Notes under the pieces: generated by a model
Databases searched by the model: none
What the model was told of the DNA's origin: nothing
Seen by the model: only the letters and a program-made list of their open reading frames with translations
Virus record (IMG/VR): IMGVR_UViG_3300008107_000012
DNA length: 64,000 bases
DNA from: a virus
Reading direction: 5' to 3' (one strand)
Position numbers and translations under genes: made by a program
In this document: positions 56,725-64,000 of the stretch, piece by piece
Layout of the letters: the number at the start of each line of letters is the position of its first letter
Numbering within the stretch: position 1 is the first letter of the stretch

Positions 56725-59700
56725 ATGCCACAGGAAACTAACCTCAACGTATCACCATATTTTGATGATTTTGATCCAGAAAAAAATTATCATAAGGTTC
56801 TTTTCAAACCAGGGTATCCAATCCAGGCTAGAGAATTAACCACATTACAATCAATTCTCCAAAATCAAATTGAGCAACAAGGAAAACATTTATTTCAAGA
56901 AGGATCTGTTGTAATTCCGGGAAAAGTTAGAATTGACAGTCCTTTATCCGCAGTAGAAATTGAAAGTACTTATATAGGAACACCAGTATCTTTGTATTTT
57001 GATAAACTTTTAGGAAAAAAACTAAAAGGATCATCAAGTGGAGTTTTGGCTGAAGTTGTTTATACGTTAAGGTCAGTTGATTCTCAAAGAAATAACTTTA
57101 CTTTATATTTAAAGTATCTTGAGTGTGGTGGTCCTCAATTAGAAAATAAGACTTTTTTTGATGGAGAGACTTTAATTTTACAATCTTCTTTGACTTACGG
57201 AGAATTAGGATTTACTATTCAATCTGGAGAAGGAATTTGTAATACTATAAGCAATAATTCAAATTCGTTTGGATCATCAGCAATAGTTTCTGATGGTGTT
57301 TATTTTGCTCGTGGACATTTTGTATCTGTAAAAGAACAAAGAATATTATTAGATCAATATAGTTCTTCACCATCTTATAAAATAGGTTTTAATGTAGTAG
57401 AAAGTATAGTCTCTTCAGACGATGATTCTTCACTTTTAGATAATGCAAAAGGTTTCTCAAATTACACTGCTCCTGGAGCAGATAGATTAAAAATTGAACT
57501 AATCCTTGAGAAAAAAGGTATATTAGAATCCTCCGACAATTTTATTGAAATTATTAGAATTGAAAACGGAAATCCAATTTTTAAAAAAGAATCAACTCAA
57601 TATAGTTTAATCAGAGATGAGTTGGCAAGAAGAACATATGATGAGTCCGGTGACTATTTTGTAAGACCATTTACAGTTTTTGTTAGAGATACTTTAAATG
57701 ATAGAACTAGAACTGATGGATTATATTATAAAAATCAATTAACTTCTACAGGTGTTGCTCCATCCGACGATTTGATGATTTATCAAATTGGACCAGGAAA
57801 AGCTTATGTAAATGGTTACGATATTGAAAAAATATCTTCAACAGAAGTTATAGTAGAAAAACCAAGAACCACAAAAACTATAGAAAATGAAGTTCTTAGG
57901 TATGATGCCGGAACTTCATTGGTTTTGAATAGAGGGTATGGATCTCCGGTTGTTGGTTTAGGAACAACATCATATGTCGAATTAAAAGATTCTAGAATTG
58001 GTGTATCTTCTCATAGTGCTTCAGGAAATACTATTGGTGTTGCTAGAGTATATGATTTTGTTCCAGAAACGGATTATGTTAATAACACAAGTAGACTTAA
58101 TGTAAGATTATTTGATATTCAAACTTATACAAAAGTTGGATTAACTACTAATATTTCTTCATTATCAACTCCAGCTTTAATTAGAGGTAAAAAAAGTAAA
58201 GCTTCTGGATACTTGTCTTCAAGTATAAGTAATTCAAGAATTTTAACACTTTATAATGTTTCTGGTTCATTTTTAGAGAATGAACCAATTTCAATTAATG
58301 GAATTGATGATGGTAGACTTATTAATGAAGTAATCGACTATAATATAACAGATATAAAATCAATATACTCCACAACTGGAATTTCAACATTTAATGCGGA
58401 TGTTGTATTATCACAGAAAACTCCAATTGCACCCCTCGGAACCAAGTTTAAAATAACAGGTTCTTCTTCTGGCATCAGTACCGTATCTGCCGGAATTGAC
58501 GTTGTTTTTACTAATCAAATTAAAGTTGGAGATATAGTTTCATATGCTAGCACCACATTAACTGGAGACACTATATACAATAAAGTTGAAAGTGTTTCTA
58601 ATGATGGTCTTTCTTTCAATATTTCAGGAATTACAACGATATCTGGAATATGCAATGGTTCTCTACCATCATCTACCGTAGAAGTCAACAATATCATTAA
58701 GGTATTTGGATTATCAGATTCTACAAATTCATCTTTAATGACTAAATTGAGATTTGAAAATATTTCAAATGTAAATTTAGAAAATCAAGAAATTTTACAA
58801 AGAAGATCATTTAATAATATATCTTTTTCTGGCAATTTTATTAGGTTAACTATCACCGAACCAGATTTATATTTTGCATCCTTCGATGAGGATAGATTTA
58901 TTATTACATACTCAGATGGTATTATTGAACCAATGAGAATTGATAAGTATGATTTGGACACAACTGGCAAAATATTAACCTTCTATGGTTTGACAAAAGC
59001 AAGTGGCACTGCAAATGTAATTACTACGGTAAGAAATGTAAAACCAAGTTATAAGATTAAAAAATTAAACAAGGCATCAACTTTAGTTGTAAATAAATCA
59101 ATTAAAACTTCATCTGGAATAGGAACAACAACTTTAAATGATGGATTGACTTATAGTAATGTTTATGGTCTACGAGTTCAAGATCAAGAAATTTGCCTCA
59201 ATGTTCCAGATGTAGTAAGAGTTGTTGCTGTTTTTGAATCTACTAATAGTCAAGATCCAACTTTACCAAAAATTCAACTCACTGGATTTACAGGATCGTT
59301 TAACAGCAATCAAGACTTTATAATAGGTGAGCAAATAATTGGGGAAAGTAGTGGAGCAGTTGCATTAGTTGTAAATCGTTCGGCATCCGATTCTTTAGAA
59401 TATGTCTATCTAAACGATAGTCAGTTTACTGTGGAAGAAAGAATTACTGGAGAACAATCAAGTAATAGTGCCATAATTACTAGTGTAATTCTAACATCAT
59501 CTAAAGATATAACTCAGAATTTTTATCTTGATGATGGTCAAAGACCATCATTCTATGATTATGGCAGAATAATTAGAAAAGAGAATACTGAAAATCCAAT
59601 AGGAAAACTCAAAATAGTATTTCAAAATTATACTATTGATTCTGGAGACACTGGAGAGTTAATAATAGTAAATAGCTATCCTGCAGATGGATTTAAATAT

Positions 59701-62700
59701 GATATACCAAGTTATGGAAATTCCAGATCATCCGATTATATTGATTTAAGACCTAGAGTTTCCGCCTTTACTTCTAGTTCGTATTCACCATTTGAATTTT
59801 CAGCAAGACGTTTTGATGGAGAAGGTCAATATTCAAAATATACATTATGTCCAGATGAAAATATTATAATATCATATTCCTATTACTTGCCTAGAACTGA
59901 TTTATTATACTTAACTCCGGGAGGAAACTTTGAGGTTGCCAAGGGAACTCCAAATGAAATTCCAGTTGCTCCAAATCTACCAACAAATACTTTAGATATC
60001 GCAAGAATAACTATTCCACCATATCTATTTAATGTTGAAAATATAAAAGTCGATATATCTCAGCATAAGAGGTATAGAATGAGTGATATATCACTTTTAG
60101 AGGATAGGGTTGATAGACTAGAAAAATATACTACTTTATCAATGTTGGAATCTAAAACTGAAAGTTATTTAATAAAAGATGCTGCAACTGGATTAGATAG
60201 ATTTAAGAGTGGTTTCTTTGTTGATAATTTTAGCTCTCACGTATATCACGATTTAGAAAATCCATTATTTAGATGTTCTATTGACACTAGTTCAAATACT
60301 CTTAGACCTCCACATTATACCACATCATTAGATCTTCAACTCGGTACAGAATCTATTAATGGATTTACTGATGAATATTCTTCAAATTCCGATCAAAGTT
60401 ATCCAACTAACTTAGGATCAACTCAGGTTAGAAAAACCGGAGATTTAATCACTCTAAATTATAATGAAATATTATATTCATATCAGAATCTTGCATCAAC
60501 TACTGAAAATGTAAACCCTTATATTGTTGGTTATTGGGAGGGATCTATTACACTTAGACCCAGTTTTGAAAATTGGATTGAAGAAAAACTGGTTACCATA
60601 GAAAGTAAAGTAGATAAAACTTATACAAATGGAGTTACTATTCCCGGATCAAATACTGGTTTAAATAACTCTGATAATATACCAGTTTATAACAATTCAC
60701 CAAGTCATAATCAAGGAATTCCTGCTTTTGATTGGATTGCAAATGCCAAAGATGTGTTTGGAGATACACTTTTATTAGGAAGACATTCTAAACTTAATAG
60801 AAAGGGTAGTTCAATCTATACAGCATGGAAGCGTAATAAGCATCTTGGAATTGGAAGTAAATACAATAGAAAATCAATAGAACTAATTTCTCGTGATTTG
60901 GTTGATAGGAAATTAAGTTCCGGAATCGTGAATGGAAATACCATTCATATGGAATGGAACAAAAAAGTTCGCAATGCTGATGCTTTCTTTGATATTGTAA
61001 ATAAAGTTTTTCCACCAGATATAGCAAAAGATTTTCGTAGAAGAATTGAGACCTCTAGGACAAAGAAAAAACAAATTATTTCTGCAGAATATACTCCAAA
61101 TCAAGGTACTGGAATTAATCCTAATACCAATATAGGTGCAGGTAATGGTACTGGATCCGGATCAAACTCTGGTGGAGGATCTATCGCAAATGATGGAATA
61201 ACTATTATTGAAACAACGGAAACTACAGAATCAAATTACACCGAACAAATCAATTATTTGAGAAGTAGAAATATTGAATTTGATATTACTGCATTAAAGC
61301 CAAGAACCAAATTTACCCCATTCTTTGAGTATGTGGATGTTTCTAGTTACATTATACCAAAGCTTCTTGAAATTAAAATGGTTTCTGGAGCATTCCAAAT
61401 TGGAGAAACTGTAGAGAGTGACCCTCATTTTACTAGTTCTTTTATTAAGTTTAAGTTATGTGTACCTAATCATAAAACTGGAGCACATAACTTACCCCAG
61501 GAAACATACACATTAAATCCATATAATCAAACTTTATTCGAGACTGCATATTCACAATCTTCAACAGTATTAAATGTTGATACAAGATCTTTACAATTAA
61601 CTACTGAAGATTTTTATGGATCGGTCTCACCTGGAATGACTTTAAGAGGAAAATCTTCTGGTGCGGTTGCAAAAATTACTGAGGTTCGTCTAATTTCAGA
61701 TAATTCGGGAAGATTAATAGGTTCTCTCTTCATTCCAGATCCATCTGTAGTTGGAAATCCAAAATGGACTAATGGAGAAAACACTTTTAATGTAGTTGAC
61801 ACTGATAGTAGTGCATCTACACAGTTTACTTCTTCAGGAAGACTTGATGTTACTGAAAGAAATATTGTTACTACTAGAAATATTATTATAAGACCAACTC
61901 CACCCCCACCCCCAACTCCTACACCTACCCCAACTCCTACACCTACCCCAAGACCAACTCCTACACCAATAACTCCAGTTATTCCTGATACTCCTACTCC
62001 TGTTATTCCTGTCGAACCAGAACCACCAATACCTCCAGTAGGTCCTACTGTATCAAATATTGATGCTTATTGGGATATTAGTAGCCCAAGCTCCGGTAGA
62101 TATACTGTTGATCTTGTTGTAACAGGAACAGGAACTGCTAGAATTTCTATTAGGCAAAAAATTGATGACGATCCAAATGTTGCAGGTCAAATATATAGAA
62201 ATCCACTCAGAATACCTTCACCAATATCCGATACCCTCTCATTCCCATGGAAATCTTCTGAAGATGTAACTAAGGATGCTAAATTTACCCCAGGTAGATA
62301 TAGAATATTTACTATCAATGCAAAAGGAGAAAAAATAACAGAAATTCCATTTCAAAAATCACCGCAATATGGTAGAACTGATGATGGTGATAGGAATAAA
62401 AGAGTATTGATACTTAGAGATGGTTCTGGTAATGATACTAATGGAAGTTTTAGAATTACACGTATAGAACAACTTCCAATTAGTCAAAATGCAAATCCTA
62501 ATTTCTGTAGAACTGATCCTCTCGCACAATCATTCTTTGTTGATGATGAAACTGGAATATTTGTAACTTCTGTTGATGTATTTTTTGAAACTAAGGATGA
62601 AAGTGTTCCTGTTACTTTACAACTTCGTCCAATGATTGCTGGTGTTCCAAGTAATGTAGTAATTCCATTCTCTGAGGTTACTTTAGATCCTGATGCGGTG

Positions 62701-64000
62701 ACTGTATCTGCAGATGGAAGCATTGCGACTAGATTTGAATTCCCATCTCCAGTATATCTTTCCGGTCCACAAAAACAGGTCACTAGATTTGGAGATTTTG
62801 AAAAGGACCAGTCTTCAGAATATTCTATTGTTTTACTGTCTAATAGTCCAAATTATAGAGTTTTCATTTCCCGTCTAGGTGAAGTAGATATTTCTACGCA
62901 AAATAGAATATCTACTCAACCAACACTAGGAAGTTTATTTAAATCCCAAAATGCTACTACTTGGACTCCTTCTCAGTTAGAAGATCTTAAATATAACCTA
63001 TATCGTGCTTCCTTTGGCACTGAAGGTCTTGTCAGATTCTTTAATCCAAAACTCTCTGTAGGAAATCAAAAATCTACGGTGACTTCTGTAAACAGTTTTA
63101 TCCCACTATCAAAGACAATTATTGTTGGATTGGGATCTACTGGATATAACACCACCAATGTAATCCCTGGAGTTACCCTATCTCAGGGATCAGCAACAGG
63201 AAAACTTATTGGAATTGGTGCAAGTGCTAATCAAGCAATAGTATCAAATGTTGGAATTGGTTATAGTATTGGAACTTACACCAGCATTTCACTTGAAACT
63301 GAGACAGGTTATGGAAGAGGAGCATTAGCAACAATTGGAATTACTACTGTAGGAATATCTACTGTTACTATTACTTCGGGTGGATTTGGATACAGAATTG
63401 GAGACAGTGTAAAAATTCCAAGAATTCAAAATCTTGGGTATGGTGGTAGAGCAACTATTACATCAATAGGATCAAGCAACACATTCATTATTGATGAAGT
63501 TCAGGGAACATTTAATTCTGGAATTTCAACAATTAATTATATTGATTCTTCCGGAATTACAACTCAAACAGGAATTGGTGTTACAATATCTTCCATATTT
63601 GAAGATCAATACAATGATGGTCTTCATATGAAAGTTCTTCATATGAATCATGGAATGCATTCTACGGAGAATTATGTTAAAATTGACCAATTTAGACCAA
63701 CTTCAGATGAAGTTAATTCTGCCTTACTTGAAGAAGTTTTAGTTGATGATACTACAATTACATTACAATCTGGTGCGGGGATTGGATTTACTTATTTTGA
63801 AGGATCTGCGGTAAGTGCATCAAATCCTGGATATGTAATTATTGGCAATGAGATTATTGGATATACTTCAGTTTCTGGAGATATTCTCGTTTCTTCTTCC
63901 ACATTAAGAGGAATTGATGAAACATCAATCGAGTCATATGCTATTGGTTCTCCTGTATTTAAATATGAATTTAATGGAATCTCTTTGAGAAGAATTAATA
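56725..64000 (+). CDS. large virion structural protein (VrlC/DUF4815-like), partial, runs off window
   Basis: MPQETNLNVSPYFDDF..VLFKPGYPIQARELT.LQS; APGADR; DPLAQSF; frame appears open to window end (absent from ORF track because no stop). Confidence 0.85.
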   Translation, partial: MPQETNLNVSPYFDDFDPEKNYHKVLFKPGYPIQARELTTLQSILQNQIEQQGKHLFQEGSVVIPGKVRIDSPLSAVEIESTYIGTPVSLYFDKLLGKKLKGSSSGVLAEVVYTLRSVDSQRNNFTLYLKYLECGGPQLENKTFFDGETLILQSSLTYGELGFTIQSGEGICNTISNNSNSFGSSAIVSDGVYFARGHFVSVKEQRILLDQYSSSPSYKIGFNVVESIVSSDDDSSLLDNAKGFSNYTAPGADRLKIELILEKKGILESSDNFIEIIRIENGNPIFKKESTQYSLIRDELARRTYDESGDYFVRPFTVFVRDTLNDRTRTDGLYYKNQLTSTGVAPSDDLMIYQIGPGKAYVNGYDIEKISSTEVIVEKPRTTKTIENEVLRYDAGTSLVLNRGYGSPVVGLGTTSYVELKDSRIGVSSHSASGNTIGVARVYDFVPETDYVNNTSRLNVRLFDIQTYTKVGLTTNISSLSTPALIRGKKSKASGYLSSSISNSRILTLYNVSGSFLENEPISINGIDDGRLINEVIDYNITDIKSIYSTTGISTFNADVVLSQKTPIAPLGTKFKITGSSSGISTVSAGIDVVFTNQIKVGDIVSYASTTLTGDTIYNKVESVSNDGLSFNISGITTISGICNGSLPSSTVEVNNIIKVFGLSDSTNSSLMTKLRFENISNVNLENQEILQRRSFNNISFSGNFIRLTITEPDLYFASFDEDRFIITYSDGIIEPMRIDKYDLDTTGKILTFYGLTKASGTANVITTVRNVKPSYKIKKLNKASTLVVNKSIKTSSGIGTTTLNDGLTYSNVYGLRVQDQEICLNVPDVVRVVAVFESTNSQDPTLPKIQLTGFTGSFNSNQDFIIGEQIIGESSGAVALVVNRSASDSLEYVYLNDSQFTVEERITGEQSSNSAIITSVILTSSKDITQNFYLDDGQRPSFYDYGRIIRKENTENPIGKLKIVFQNYTIDSGDTGELIIVNSYPADGFKYDIPSYGNSRSSDYIDLRPRVSAFTSSSYSPFEFSARRFDGEGQYSKYTLCPDENIIISYSYYLPRTDLLYLTPGGNFEVAKGTPNEIPVAPNLPTNTLDIARITIPPYLFNVENIKVDISQHKRYRMSDISLLEDRVDRLEKYTTLSMLESKTESYLIKDAATGLDRFKSGFFVDNFSSHVYHDLENPLFRCSIDTSSNTLRPPHYTTSLDLQLGTESINGFTDEYSSNSDQSYPTNLGSTQVRKTGDLITLNYNEILYSYQNLASTTENVNPYIVGYWEGSITLRPSFENWIEEKLVTIESKVDKTYTNGVTIPGSNTGLNNSDNIPVYNNSPSHNQGIPAFDWIANAKDVFGDTLLLGRHSKLNRKGSSIYTAWKRNKHLGIGSKYNRKSIELISRDLVDRKLSSGIVNGNTIHMEWNKKVRNADAFFDIVNKVFPPDIAKDFRRRIETSRTKKKQIISAEYTPNQGTGINPNTNIGAGNGTGSGSNSGGGSIANDGITIIETTETTESNYTEQINYLRSRNIEFDITALKPRTKFTPFFEYVDVSSYIIPKLLEIKMVSGAFQIGETVESDPHFTSSFIKFKLCVPNHKTGAHNLPQETYTLNPYNQTLFETAYSQSSTVLNVDTRSLQLTTEDFYGSVSPGMTLRGKSSGAVAKITEVRLISDNSGRLIGSLFIPDPSVVGNPKWTNGENTFNVVDTDSSASTQFTSSGRLDVTERNIVTTRNIIIRPTPPPPPTPTPTPTPTPTPRPTPTPITPVIPDTPTPVIPVEPEPPIPPVGPTVSNIDAYWDISSPSSGRYTVDLVVTGTGTARISIRQKIDDDPNVAGQIYRNPLRIPSPISDTLSFPWKSSEDVTKDAKFTPGRYRIFTINAKGEKITEIPFQKSPQYGRTDDGDRNKRVLILRDGSGNDTNGSFRITRIEQLPISQNANPNFCRTDPLAQSFFVDDETGIFVTSVDVFFETKDESVPVTLQLRPMIAGVPSNVVIPFSEVTLDPDAVTVSADGSIATRFEFPSPVYLSGPQKQVTRFGDFEKDQSSEYSIVLLSNSPNYRVFISRLGEVDISTQNRISTQPTLGSLFKSQNATTWTPSQLEDLKYNLYRASFGTEGLVRFFNPKLSVGNQKSTVTSVNSFIPLSKTIIVGLGSTGYNTTNVIPGVTLSQGSATGKLIGIGASANQAIVSNVGIGYSIGTYTSISLETETGYGRGALATIGITTVGISTVTITSGGFGYRIGDSVKIPRIQNLGYGGRATITSIGSSNTFIIDEVQGTFNSGISTINYIDSSGITTQTGIGVTISSIFEDQYNDGLHMKVLHMNHGMHSTENYVKIDQFRPTSDEVNSALLEEVLVDDTTITLQSGAGIGFTYFEGSAVSASNPGYVIIGNEIIGYTSVSGDILVSSSTLRGIDETSIESYAIGSPVFKYEFNGISLRRIN

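Noticed and set aside
1-64000. Stop-codon reassignment
   Set aside because: TAA, TGA and TAG all terminate genes at expected positions and long genes are uninterrupted in code 11.

Overview
AT-rich segment of a T4-like (Kyanoviridae-type) cyanomyovirus genome, probably a freshwater one; nearly all genes are on the + strand. 1-35.7 kb is an accessory/early region of about 100 short ORFs. It is organised by about 21 copies of a sigma70-type promoter preceded by a 24-bp palindrome (consensus TGTGCCACTT-N4-AAGTGGCACA). It includes petF, four free-standing GIY-YIG endonucleases, LamG/PA14 proteins, a cluster of basic proteins with T4-type capsid-targeting N-termini, an atypical tRNA, a PD-(D/E)xK nuclease plus Dam-family methylase pair, an SF2 helicase, an ArdA-like protein and many tiny acidic proteins. 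35.7-38 kb is mostly non-coding, with repeats and divergent promoters. 40.4-64 kb is the baseplate module (gp25, gp6, a 4142-aa gp7, gp8 and a large virion protein that runs off the window). The most striking unexplained structure is a five-copy module: late promoter, then a 50-60 nt hairpin RNA with its own terminator, then a second late promoter, then an ORF whose 5' leader is complementary to the small RNA. It shows compensatory changes and G-U pairs, and sits in front of all four endonucleases and one non-nuclease gene. Protein assignments come from motif recognition only; no searches were run.
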